The notes under the pieces were generated by a model, which worked only from the letters and a program-made list of their open reading frames with translations, searched no databases and was not told the origin of the DNA. The position numbers were made by a program, and so were the translations under genes. From IMG/VR virus record IMGVR_UViG_3300032320_001242, positions 1 to 32,186 of that record: a stretch of DNA of 32,186 nt, one strand, 5' to 3'. Origin of the DNA: a virus. Lineage: Duplodnaviria; Caudoviricetes. Shown here piece by piece: positions 23,889 to 32,186 of the stretch; position 1 is the first letter of the stretch; every line of letters starts with the position of its first letter.

Positions 23889-24302
23889 TTACGGTGTTGT
23901 TGACTTGGTGATGGCGCCTGAGATGGGCCACGTAATCGAGGCCGTCGCTAACTCTCCGACGGAGCCGTTAAGCGGCGTCCACTCGGTGACAAGCACGGAA
24001 CCCGTGTATTTCGGGTTCGTAGCTCCGACGGTCGTGTTGACTGGGCGGCACTCGAAAGCGACTGCTGTGCCCAGAAGTGGGTAGATGATCGACTCGATGC
24101 TCGAAGTCGCATAGTCCTGGTGAAGCTCCAGCGTCAGTGAGTTGTCGGCCAGGCCTGCAACCCTCTTCTTGGCTGTGTCTCCAAAGGCTGTGGTCTCGAC
24201 GATATCGAAGCTCGATGATAGAGTGATGGAAGCGACGTGGTCTGAGATGTCGCTTGAAGCGCCAAGGACGACGTACGCGTTGTTAAGGACGAGGCGTGCC
24301 AT
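23889..24302 (-). CDS. Major tail (tube) protein paralog 2
   Basis: DISDHVASITL...VETTAFG...RVAGL.DNS...NPKYTG...WTPLNGSVGELAT...WPISG. Confidence 0.8.
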   Translation of the reverse strand: MARLVLNNAYVVLGASSDISDHVASITLSSSFDIVETTAFGDTAKKRVAGLADNSLTLELHQDYATSSIESIIYPLLGTAVAFECRPVNTTVGATNPKYTGSVLVTEWTPLNGSVGELATASITWPISGAITKSTTP

Positions 24303-24724
24303 TATGCAACCGCCTTAGTGATCGCTCCAGTGATCGGCCAAGTGACCGAGACCGTTGCAAGCTCTCCGACCGACCCATTAATCGGGGTCCACTCGGAACA
24401 AAGCGCGGTGAAGGTGTATGAAGGGTTCGCAGCACCGACAGCGCTTGAAGTCGGCAAGACCACGACTGTCGTGGTGGTACCGAGCAAAGAAGAGCCGATC
24501 GTGTTAAGAGTCGCTTCGACGTTTGACGCTGCGAAGTCCTGGTGGAACTCGAGTGTCACTGAGTTGTCCTGCAAGCCAGCGACGCGAGTCTTGGCTGCAG
24601 TCGAGCTGAACGCAGTCGTCTCGACGACATCGAAGCTCTGGTTGATGGTGACTGACGCGATGTGATCGCTCAGGTTGACCGAGTTGATAGTGACCTTGGC
24701 GTCGTTTAGAACTATACGGGCCAT
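24302..24724 (-). CDS. Major tail (tube) protein paralog 1
   Basis: NLSDHIASVTI...VETTAFS...RVAGL.DNS...NPSYTF...WTPINGSVGELAT...WPITG. Confidence 0.8.
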   Translation of the reverse strand: MARIVLNDAKVTINSVNLSDHIASVTINQSFDVVETTAFSSTAAKTRVAGLQDNSVTLEFHQDFAASNVEATLNTIGSSLLGTTTTVVVLPTSSAVGAANPSYTFTALCSEWTPINGSVGELATVSVTWPITGAITKAVA

Positions 24725-24903
24725 TAGATATCTCCTTCTTTGGTTGCTGGTTTAAACGGCGCTGGTGCAGTGCTGTCTTTGATGTGACCTGCCGCTACGA
24801 GGGCGTCGATATCGGCGCCTGCAGCTTCCAGGTCTTTTGCGGTGAGGGTGTCACCTTTGATCTTTCCACAGACCTCTAGGTCCGAGGTTACGGTGTAGCT
24901 CAT
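24724..24903 (-). CDS. Small hypothetical virion protein
   Basis: MSYTVTSDLEVCGKIKGDTLT...DIDALVAAGHIK; AAGGAG RBS. Confidence 0.7.
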   Translation of the reverse strand: MSYTVTSDLEVCGKIKGDTLTAKDLEAAGADIDALVAAGHIKDSTAPAPFKPATKEGDI

Positions 24904-24914
24904 TCTGTCTCCTT

Positions 24915-25313
24915 TTATCCGTAGATGGTCAAGCGGTAGCGATACGCAAGGAACAAGGTCCCTGCAGACTCATATTCGCCAGGCGATGCCGATATGACTC
25001 GCAAGGTCTGAACTGCGCCCCCAAGAGTGCGGTCTCCTTCGATGGCTGTCTTGATCGAGCCTGCGCCCGTGCCAGCCAGGAAAGCGTCGAGCTTGTTCTG
25101 CCCAGCGCGCTCCGACATTCGCTGCACGATGACCAGGATATCCAGGTTCGCCTGATCTAGGCCGCGAGCGTTGTCGATGTCGAAGGTCAGATCGAGGTTG
25201 CCGATCACCGCGCAAGGCGGCGTCACAGCGTCTGGAAGAGTGTCATAGCAGCGAAGCCCTGCGATGGTTTGAAGTCTAGTGACGAGTCCGTCGCGCACTG
25301 CGCTTGGTATCAT
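24915..25313 (-). CDS. Tail terminator/completion protein
   Basis: 132 aa between adaptor and tail tube; AIEGDRTLGG motif. Confidence 0.7.
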   Translation of the reverse strand: MIPSAVRDGLVTRLQTIAGLRCYDTLPDAVTPPCAVIGNLDLTFDIDNARGLDQANLDILVIVQRMSERAGQNKLDAFLAGTGAGSIKTAIEGDRTLGGAVQTLRVISASPGEYESAGTLFLAYRYRLTIYG

Positions 25314-25921
25314 CAGACGGCCACGCCGTCCAGCTTGCGGAATGGGCGAAGCAGGGCTTCGACATCTGCATCGAGTCGCGCCGATAGGCGCACGGTGCCG
25401 AGATCTGGAGAGCCTGCGATGCCGAAAGGCGACTGCCGACGGCTAAAAATGCGAGAAGCTTGCATCTGAGTGGCGGCTTGCACCTCGTAAGGCACCGCGC
25501 TCCAGCCCCAGATGCCCTTGACACGAACTGACTGTGGCAAGTTGCTCGGAAAGATGTAGGCGCCGATCGCAAGGAGCCTGGTGAATGGCCAGCCCCTGCG
25601 TGGGTTGTTGATCGGCTCTTTGAAGAAGTCGCTGGCTGCAAAGACCGTGCCGTAGGTCTGGCCCAGGTCCTCGTCGATCGCGACCTCGGTGATCGTGACG
25701 ATGTCGTCGATGGCCAGCAAGAACGGGTCGATCGGTGTGAAATAGCGAGATACTGGCACCTGCGAGGTGCCGTCTTGGTAGAAGAAGCGGCCTGTGTAGT
25801 CGTCGATCATTCGGCTGGCTGCGTGAATCGCGGCTTCGAGTGGAACGTCGTCGATCGAGTCAGTGATGGCAAGCGCTGCCTTGACTTCGGCTAGCGTGCA
25901 GTAGGCGTTTGTCAGTGCCAC
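25313..25921 (-). CDS. Head-tail connector (adaptor)
   Basis: YCTLAEVKAAL...AASRMIDDYTGRFF...GWSAVP..V..A...LLRPFR. Confidence 0.8.
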   Translation of the reverse strand: MALTNAYCTLAEVKAALAITDSIDDVPLEAAIHAASRMIDDYTGRFFYQDGTSQVPVSRYFTPIDPFLLAIDDIVTITEVAIDEDLGQTYGTVFAASDFFKEPINNPRRGWPFTRLLAIGAYIFPSNLPQSVRVKGIWGWSAVPYEVQAATQMQASRIFSRRQSPFGIAGSPDLGTVRLSARLDADVEALLRPFRKLDGVAV

Positions 25922-25936
25922 GTCGTGTCCTCTTCT

Positions 25937-26632
25937 CTAGCTGGTGCGGTTGTGCCTGTCGAGGTGGTGCCTCTCGTCAAGCCAGTAAGTCTTTTGGTGC
26001 GGCAAGATGGCCGCCGTATTCGCGTAGATCGGAAAGCCCAGCTGCTTAATCCTGCGGCAGAATAGCAAGTCTTCACTCACCCACTCGCCGTTGATGGGCC
26101 CGTCCCAGAACCAGCACCAGTCGGTGCCCTGATTCGGGTCCGCAGCTTCGCGCATCTTTTCGAGCACGCTGCGGTGGATTAACATACAGCCAGTTCCACA
26201 GGCTTCGATCTCGAAGATCGCGTTGCGCTTGTAGTCGCTGATCGACGCGAGCCGCCCGTTTGCAGTGGCTTCAAAGATCAGCGGCACGGGCATCGGGTAG
26301 ATGCTTTCGTTGACGTCCCAGGCTCCGAAGTACAAGCCTGCCACGACTGGTCGCTCTTTGTCGTGTGCCGTGTTGATGAGGACATCGAACGCCTCAGCCG
26401 AAAGCTGCTCGTCGGTGTCTATCAACAGAAGCCAGTCTGAGGTGGTTTCGTCCAAGAAGGCCTTCACGACTCGGTTGCGCAGCTTGCTAAGCAAGCCAGA
26501 ACCCCGAGCACGAACGTAAGGACCGAGCCTGGAGCTGCGCGACTGCGTCAGTTGGACCATACGAAGTGCGAAGTCGCCGTTGACCATTCCAGGGTCACAG
26601 ACTCCGATCGATACTTTGTGGCTTGCTTTCAT
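25937..26632 (-). CDS. GT-A fold (GT2-like) glycosyltransferase
   Basis: RNRVV..FL, WLLLIDTD (DxD), GTGCMLIHRSV, SEDLLFC, H.K. Confidence 0.8.
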   Translation of the reverse strand: MKASHKVSIGVCDPGMVNGDFALRMVQLTQSRSSRLGPYVRARGSGLLSKLRNRVVKAFLDETTSDWLLLIDTDEQLSAEAFDVLINTAHDKERPVVAGLYFGAWDVNESIYPMPVPLIFEATANGRLASISDYKRNAIFEIEACGTGCMLIHRSVLEKMREAADPNQGTDWCWFWDGPINGEWVSEDLLFCRRIKQLGFPIYANTAAILPHQKTYWLDERHHLDRHNRTS

Positions 26633-26648
26633 ACTACCCCCTTAGTGG

Positions 26649-26686
26649 GGCCAGCAGCTGAGTCGGGGGAAACCCAGCTGCTGGCC
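26649..26686 (-). terminator. Strong hairpin after the capsid gene
   Basis: GGCCAGCAGCTG/CAGCTGCTGGCC 12-bp perfect stem, extendable to 15 bp, loop TTCCCCCG; no U tract. Confidence 0.55.
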
Positions 26687-26705
26687 TTTGAACTAGATCA
26701 TTCGA

Positions 26706-28055
26706 TTAGAATGAAGGTGCTACCAAGCCAGTGCCTGAGATGGCAGAGACCGCTGTTGGGTAGCGTCCTGCAGAGAAGGCTGCGTAGCCGTACACGACGG
26801 ACTTCACAGTCAAGTTACCAGCGCCAGTCGCGTCGAAGTTCAACGCGAACGGTGAGCCTGGTTGCTCCCAGAGGTGCATTTCTGGTGCTGCCACGCAGAA
26901 GATCTTGTCCTGGTTCGTTGCAGCGCCGCCATCTGTTGCGATGCTTGCGTCTGTCACGATAGGAAGACCCATCAATGAATAGCCAGAGTTGCCGTACGCT
27001 GATGCGCCAGCTCCTGCAGCGAATGCGTTCATTGGTCCTTGCGCTGTTGGCACAACAAGAGGGCGGTTGCTTGAATCAAGCGCTGCCAACAAGTAAGCCA
27101 AGCGGCGAGGGTGCATCACCCAGTGAGTTGGGTTGATGAATGCGTTAGTCTGAATCTGTTGCACAGCGTCAGCTAGCTTTGGATAGAGAAGCGCTACCGT
27201 TGGAGAGGTAGATGTGTAAGTGATGGCGTTGATGCCAGTAGTCGAAGCGATGCCCAAGATGGTGCCTGATGTTCCAGCGCCGTTGATGCATTGGCTGTCG
27301 AGGTTTGTGTGCCACGCACGAATGAGGTCGGCCACGATGAAAGCATCGATGCCTGTGCCACGTTCGATCGCCTGGCGGCTGATGTCTTGCTGTCCTGCGA
27401 TCGTGCGCACGTTAACAGTGAGCAGCGTATCGTCAGCGTCTGTCTCTTGGACAGCTGCGTTTTCAGTTGCCTGAATCGCAGTCGCTGTGCCAGTCGTCAT
27501 TCGGCTTATGTTGATCGTCATTCCGCTGGTCGGAAGTGTGTGCTTGTTCGTTGCAGCGTCCAAGAATGGGCGTCCTGCGCGAGCTAGCGGTGCAGCGAGG
27601 TCTGTGAGATATTGAGGTACTACGAGACCCTCGAATGCTCCAGTGCCGACATCGCGGCGTTCGATCGCTTCTTCACGCATATGACGTGCAAGACGCTCAT
27701 TCGCAGCAAAGTCGTTCTTGAACTGTGAGTTAAAGGCGTCCTTCACGAATGAAGCTTCTGCCTCTGGTGCGTAGGTGCGTGCTTCGCGTGTAACGATAGC
27801 GCCGCCAACCTTTGGCATCGCAACGTCTGCAACAGCAGCGCGTGCTTCTGCTAGCTTAGCGTCAGAAGCTGCTTGCTCCTGTAGCTTTGAGATCTTTGTG
27901 TCTAGTGAGCGTGCTTCCTCTGCGAGGGTTTCAACCTTCGCGGATTCGTCATCTGTGAGGTCAGTACGGTCTTCGGCTGCGACTGCTTCAAGAATCGCGT
28001 CCATCTCGGCCTTTACTTCTTCACGGCGCTCGATCACTTTGTCAGTGTATGACAT
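26706..28055 (-). CDS. Major capsid protein (HK97 fold with N-terminal delta domain)
   Basis: 449 aa, coiled-coil N-terminus, GLVVPQYL, WVMHPRR, LMGLPIVTD; AAGGAG RBS. Confidence 0.92.
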   Translation of the reverse strand: MSYTDKVIERREEVKAEMDAILEAVAAEDRTDLTDDESAKVETLAEEARSLDTKISKLQEQAASDAKLAEARAAVADVAMPKVGGAIVTREARTYAPEAEASFVKDAFNSQFKNDFAANERLARHMREEAIERRDVGTGAFEGLVVPQYLTDLAAPLARAGRPFLDAATNKHTLPTSGMTINISRMTTGTATAIQATENAAVQETDADDTLLTVNVRTIAGQQDISRQAIERGTGIDAFIVADLIRAWHTNLDSQCINGAGTSGTILGIASTTGINAITYTSTSPTVALLYPKLADAVQQIQTNAFINPTHWVMHPRRLAYLLAALDSSNRPLVVPTAQGPMNAFAAGAGASAYGNSGYSLMGLPIVTDASIATDGGAATNQDKIFCVAAPEMHLWEQPGSPFALNFDATGAGNLTVKSVVYGYAAFSAGRYPTAVSAISGTGLVAPSF

Positions 28056-28166
28056 CGATATAGCTCCTTTTGAGTAGTTGGGTTGTTGAGGTGGTGGCGT
28101 CTGACTCGCGGCGCTTGTAGGGTGCGAGACGTTGCTCCGACTTCGTCTGCCTGTCAGGGCAGAATC

Positions 28167-29606
28167 TTAGTTCGTTTGGTTGACGATGGCCTGGGCCAGG
28201 CGCAGCGAGATCGAGCGGCCAGCGACTGAGAGCTCTTCATCTGGTGCCTCTTCTGCTGGAACGACTTCGTTCGCTGACAGCAGCTGCTCCACTGTCATCT
28301 TGGCTTCTGCCAGATAGTCATACGATTCGCTGATCTTGTCAAGTACGGCCTGGACCACAAGAAGCGACTCGCCGTCAAGAGCACGCACATCGCGAGCCTC
28401 GACTGTGGTCGTTGGGTAGGCTGGGTAAGTGACGACGCTGACGTCGCCGTCTGCAAGTGAGACCTCGGTCAGTGTGCGGTTCTTTCGGTCCTCGCTCCAC
28501 TTCTGGCGTATCACTCGAAAGGCGAAGGACATCTGATCGACGTCGCCGCGCTGCACGAGAGTCCAGAGATCGCGTGCCTCTGTGGTGTCTGCCAGCTCAG
28601 CATCAAAATACAGGCCGCGCTCGTCCTCAGACAGCGTCAGCGTTCCGTTCTTGGTGCGTGCGAGCGGCAAGCCGTCGTGGTTGATCAAGAGGCGCACGTC
28701 TGGCGTCTCAGTTAAAGTCTTGCGAAATGCGCCAGGGGCGATCACTTCGTTGAAGGGCAGTGGGACGCTGGACTCGTTAAAGACAGCAGCGTATCCAGCC
28801 AGGCGCATAGTGCCCTCGGCTTCGCGCGCTTCGATATCGCGGACCACGTAGGTGCGGCGTTCGATCTCTTTCATTTTGCTCCTTGGTGTGTTGTCGGACT
28901 CTGCGTCGAGCGCGTCGATCTTGCGCTGTGCCCAGTCCTGAGCTCTGTTGCCGAAGTTTGAATCCCCACCCCAAAGCAGCCACGCGACTAGCCCTGGCCC
29001 TGGGTATCCAGAGTCTGCAGGGTCTGAGTTCTGTGGTGCGTCTCCGTCGATCTTGTGTCGCGCGAACCAAGGCGCCATTCGGCGCACTTTGTCCTCGCTG
29101 ATGTTGCCGTCTGACATCTCGCGCGCTTCTCGTTTGGTGCCGTCTGTAAGACCGTCACCGCCGAAGCCGTCGCGCAAATACTTGAGTCCGAGGCTGGCGT
29201 TGTCGCGCATATAAGAAGGCGCCGACAGATCGACAGCTCGAGAGGCTTCCTCTGAGCGCCAGGCGTTGCAGTAGTAGCCGCCGTCAACAAAGTCGTCCCA
29301 GCGCTCGCACCAGGCTTTGGTGCCGTCCTCGCTGAGTCTGGTCTCATCATAAAAAAAGCAGTTGCCGCAAGCGCGCCCCTCTGGGACGTCCTCTGCGAGT
29401 GCAGGTCTGTAGTTCTCTGGCAGCTCGCGTGTGCTGACCTCGCCGCCAGGCTCTAGATCTTCAGAGATCGAGGCTGCGACCATCTGGTCGATCGCGTCTT
29501 GCTTGGTGTCGTGGCAGCCGATCGTGGTGTAGCGCCCGTCTGTTTCTTCTTTGACGGTGGCCCAGCCTGAGCAGTCTGCCTGCTTGTCACTGATATAGTA
29601 AGGCAC
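28167..29606 (-). CDS. HK97-family prohead protease with about 244-aa multidomain N-terminal extension
   Basis: C-terminal GYAAVFN...E.I.PGAF...LINHD...MSFAF...DVSVVTYPAY; N-terminal Cys-rich modules. Confidence 0.88.
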   Translation of the reverse strand: MPYYISDKQADCSGWATVKEETDGRYTTIGCHDTKQDAIDQMVAASISEDLEPGGEVSTRELPENYRPALAEDVPEGRACGNCFFYDETRLSEDGTKAWCERWDDFVDGGYYCNAWRSEEASRAVDLSAPSYMRDNASLGLKYLRDGFGGDGLTDGTKREAREMSDGNISEDKVRRMAPWFARHKIDGDAPQNSDPADSGYPGPGLVAWLLWGGDSNFGNRAQDWAQRKIDALDAESDNTPRSKMKEIERRTYVVRDIEAREAEGTMRLAGYAAVFNESSVPLPFNEVIAPGAFRKTLTETPDVRLLINHDGLPLARTKNGTLTLSEDERGLYFDAELADTTEARDLWTLVQRGDVDQMSFAFRVIRQKWSEDRKNRTLTEVSLADGDVSVVTYPAYPTTTVEARDVRALDGESLLVVQAVLDKISESYDYLAEAKMTVEQLLSANEVVPAEEAPDEELSVAGRSISLRLAQAIVNQTN

Positions 29607-30994
29607 TAGTTGACCTCGTACGTGCTCGCAGGGTCGCCAGGGTCGATCGTTGCGAGTCCTTGTAGCTGAGTCGTTGGGACGCCTGTGTGCTTCATCTCTG
29701 GCATACCGACCGCCGCCAAGACTGCAGAAGGCTCGAAGCCAACCTGAATCAAGCGAGTGGCGATCTCGGTGCGCAGTTGCAGGCCGACGTCTTTAGCGTC
29801 AGCTGCGTCGATGTTCTGCAGTGGAACGCGGTACTGATCGCCCATATCGCCAAGCGGCGCAAGGTCTTCAACAGCGCGCACGTCGTTCAGTGACAAGAAG
29901 CCGTTTGTGAGTCCCGAGGTGTAAGCCTGGAAGCGCTCGATCGTGGTACCACGAAGCAGGGCGTCAAGGTTGAACTTGACAAAGCCGTCCTTCTCTGGCA
30001 GGAGCTGGGAGAGCGCCTGCTCGAGTCGTTCAAGCAGTGGACGCAGCGAGTGCTGCACGAAAGAAAGGTTCTGAGCTTCAACGCTTGCGAATGACATAGC
30101 GCCAGCGACTGGGTGCCCGAGCAGTGAGATCGGAACGCGGAACAAGCGAGCGATGTCCTCGACGTTAAAGCGGCGAGTGTCCAAGAGCTGTGCGTCTTGT
30201 GCGTTGATCGCCAGCGGCCTGAAAGAGGCGCCATTCGTGAGAATGCCGATCTTGCCAGCGCGGTTCGGACCTGCGTGGTTGATGCTCCAGTTGCGAGCCA
30301 TATCCTCGGCTTGCTCTTTCGTCAGATCGCCCTGCGCTTCAATGACGCCGCCTGGGTTGGCAGCGTTGCCGAAGTAAGCGGCTGCGTAGGTGTCTGCAGC
30401 CATCGCAGCGCCGATCGTAAGTCGAGCAGCACCGATCGGGCTGAGCCCGTAGTGCGAGCCTGGAAGTCTAAAGAGGGGGATATGCAAGATCTCATCGCGT
30501 GAGAGCTCGCGGCTAAAGTTGCCGTATGCGTCGCGCATCTTGTAAACCAGCGGCGCTCCAGGGTCTGGCCTGGAAACGCGAATGTCTTCTGGGTGCACGA
30601 CGTAGAGCTCGACGACTTCGTTGTTGCCGTCGCGCACGGTCAAGATGTAGGCGTTGCCGTGCAGGTTGAGCGAGGCGAGCACCTGCTCCAAGAACTCGAG
30701 TCTGGTGCTTTCTGGGTTCGGTTGCGAGACCCAGTTAGGTGCCTCGCCGTAGATCGCGGCGTAAGAGATTCGATTCCGACCACGACGCACGTAGGCGCCC
30801 ATCGGCAAAGAGGCGATCGTGTCACCAAGCAAGCGAACACAAGCATAGACGGTGGACATACGAATCGCCGAGTCTGCTGTGACTTCGACGCCAGAAGGGG
30901 TCGCAAAAGCTGGGCGTCCTGGAATAAGCGGCTCGACGTACTGGTTGACTGCGCGCTTCTCAGAAGCCGAGCGCAGTGACTTAGATATTGACAT
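29606..30994 (-). CDS. HK97-family portal protein
   Basis: VYACVRLL...IASLP, LHGNAY, EILHI, GLSPI, IARLFRVP, FNLDALLRG. Confidence 0.93.
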   Translation of the reverse strand: MSISKSLRSASEKRAVNQYVEPLIPGRPAFATPSGVEVTADSAIRMSTVYACVRLLGDTIASLPMGAYVRRGRNRISYAAIYGEAPNWVSQPNPESTRLEFLEQVLASLNLHGNAYILTVRDGNNEVVELYVVHPEDIRVSRPDPGAPLVYKMRDAYGNFSRELSRDEILHIPLFRLPGSHYGLSPIGAARLTIGAAMAADTYAAAYFGNAANPGGVIEAQGDLTKEQAEDMARNWSINHAGPNRAGKIGILTNGASFRPLAINAQDAQLLDTRRFNVEDIARLFRVPISLLGHPVAGAMSFASVEAQNLSFVQHSLRPLLERLEQALSQLLPEKDGFVKFNLDALLRGTTIERFQAYTSGLTNGFLSLNDVRAVEDLAPLGDMGDQYRVPLQNIDAADAKDVGLQLRTEIATRLIQVGFEPSAVLAAVGMPEMKHTGVPTTQLQGLATIDPGDPASTYEVN

Positions 30995-31137
30995 CAGGCG
31001 CCTTTCTCACAGGACCAGACAAGGAATGAGCCGAGTGCAACGAGTGCGACTGGCACTGACAGCATAGCAAGACCGCAAGTCGCGGCTACAAGGCCACCGA
31101 CCTCGATCACGACTGACCAGTTGAGTTTCGTTTTCAT
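30994..31137 (-). CDS. Small membrane protein upstream of the portal
   Basis: MKTKLNWSVVIEVGGLVAATCGLAMLSVPVALVALGSFLVW...; AGGAG RBS, TGATG overlap. Confidence 0.7.
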   Translation of the reverse strand: MKTKLNWSVVIEVGGLVAATCGLAMLSVPVALVALGSFLVWSCEKGA

Positions 31138-31144
31138 TGATCTC

Positions 31145-32186
31145 CTAGAGCTCGAACGCAAAGAACTGCGTCGCGGTTTTGACTTCTGGCTGGTTGAGCT
31201 GCGCGTCCGTCCTGCCGAGGTAGGCCAGCACTGCAGCGATCAAGCCGTCGATCTTGTGCGTTTGCGAGGGTTTCGATACTTGCCCGTAGCGAGCTGGTAT
31301 CGCGTTCAGTACGTGCCGAGTCAGCTCTGGCGAGCCGTCGTGCTTGAGTCTGCCTTCGAGTGTGTCTTCAAGAAAGCGGTCGAGTCCCTGGCTCATCAGC
31401 TTGCGCTGGCTGGCTGGATAGACTGCGACCACTCGATCAACGAAGGACGTGTTCCAAGCATCGAGGTACGACTGCCAGCCCGAAGGGTCTGCCCAGATCG
31501 AGCGAACGTCGTACTTCTCGAAAGTCTCGCGCACCACCTCATCGACTTCGATGCGTGGCACTTCCCAGCCGTAACCAGCTGGGCCAGGTGGTCGTTCCCA
31601 GCAGGCGATCTGAAAGATCTTGCCGTCCTCGACTCTGCAGGCGACTAAAACAGTAGCGTCGTCTTTGCGACTGCCATCATAGCCAAGCACGACGGGCGTG
31701 CCGTCTGCCAGCTGCTCGGGCTCTGCTGCCTTGTTCCAGGCGACTGAGTCCATATATTTATCGCTGTCGGTGGAAGGCTGGTTCAAAAAATAGCGTCTTG
31801 CATCTGACCCCTTGGTCATTGGGTCCTGTATCTCGTTCACGAGACGGTCGATATCAAGCCAGGCGTAGGCTGGGCCGTATGCGACTGCGAGCGCTTTCTT
31901 AAGCTGCTCGGTGTTCTGCAGATCAGGCACTTCTGGCGCCTGTATGTGATCGAACAAGAGGCCAGGATTCTTTGCTCTGCCTTCTTGCATCGCTATCCAA
32001 AGCCTATGCGTCTGCTCTGCGATCGAGTCCTCACCGACTGCGTACATCGTTGAAGTCTCGAGCATCCAAGGGTCTGCGGCTTTGCGCTTTGCCAGGTTGC
32101 GTCGCACTGTTTCGTGCATTCGACGCAGTTCAGGAGACGAGTACAGGTGCGTCTCGTCTGCAACAGCGAAGGACTCTTTGCCGCCG
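31145..32186 (-). CDS. terL: Terminase large subunit, C-terminal nuclease part
   Basis: RRYFLNQ, LGYDGSRKDDAT, WADP, KIDGLIAAVLA RNaseH-like motifs; continuation of 638->1. Confidence 0.92.
   Translation of the reverse strand, partial: GGKESFAVADETHLYSSPELRRMHETVRRNLAKRKAADPWMLETSTMYAVGEDSIAEQTHRLWIAMQEGRAKNPGLLFDHIQAPEVPDLQNTEQLKKALAVAYGPAYAWLDIDRLVNEIQDPMTKGSDARRYFLNQPSTDSDKYMDSVAWNKAAEPEQLADGTPVVLGYDGSRKDDATVLVACRVEDGKIFQIACWERPPGPAGYGWEVPRIEVDEVVRETFEKYDVRSIWADPSGWQSYLDAWNTSFVDRVVAVYPASQRKLMSQGLDRFLEDTLEGRLKHDGSPELTRHVLNAIPARYGQVSKPSQTHKIDGLIAAVLAYLGRTDAQLNQPEVKTATQFFAFEL
32064..32186. repeat. Terminal direct repeat copy 2
   Basis: Identical to 1-123. Confidence 0.95.

Noticed and set aside
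19-31656. Plus-strand ORFs in the six-frame track (e.g. 586..1134, 12653..13480, 31121..31648)
   Set aside because: They are antisense shadows of well-supported minus-strand genes in GC-rich DNA, with no recognisable motifs
1-32186. Integrase, repressor or prophage boundaries
   Set aside because: No recombinase or CI-like ORF and no host flanks were recognised

Overview
This window is an apparently complete, circularly permuted genome of a small lytic siphovirus, about 32.06 kb. Positions 1-123 are identical to 32064-32186 and the terminase large subunit reads through the junction. Gene content suggests an actinobacterial host, which is an inference. All credible genes are on the minus strand. 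In transcription order they are: HNH, terS, terL, HK97-type portal, multidomain prohead protease, capsid, glycosyltransferase, head-tail genes, two paralogous tail-tube genes, chaperone, tape measure, tail-tip genes, CHAP endolysin and holin. Next come four repeated strong-promoter cassettes driving small early genes and a phage-encoded adenylosuccinate lyase (PurB). These are followed by resolvase, transglycosylase, PD-(D/E)XK exonuclease, SSB-like protein, a D-armless tRNA-like element, a PrimPol-helicase split by one in-frame TAG, and a candidate origin. A nucleotide-metabolism operon comes last. The main finding is a probable 2-aminoadenine (Z-base) pathway with an atypical composition. 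It has a PurZ/PurZ0-type synthetase (Ser at the PurA Asp13 position, GTP-type TMFD motif) and its own PurB. It also has a DUF1599/MazG-like protein, an Rcl/DNPH1-like nucleotide N-glycosidase and a dUTPase. I could not recognise DatZ, DUF550-type MazZ or DpoZ. All family calls come from motif recognition by eye, and no database search was run.
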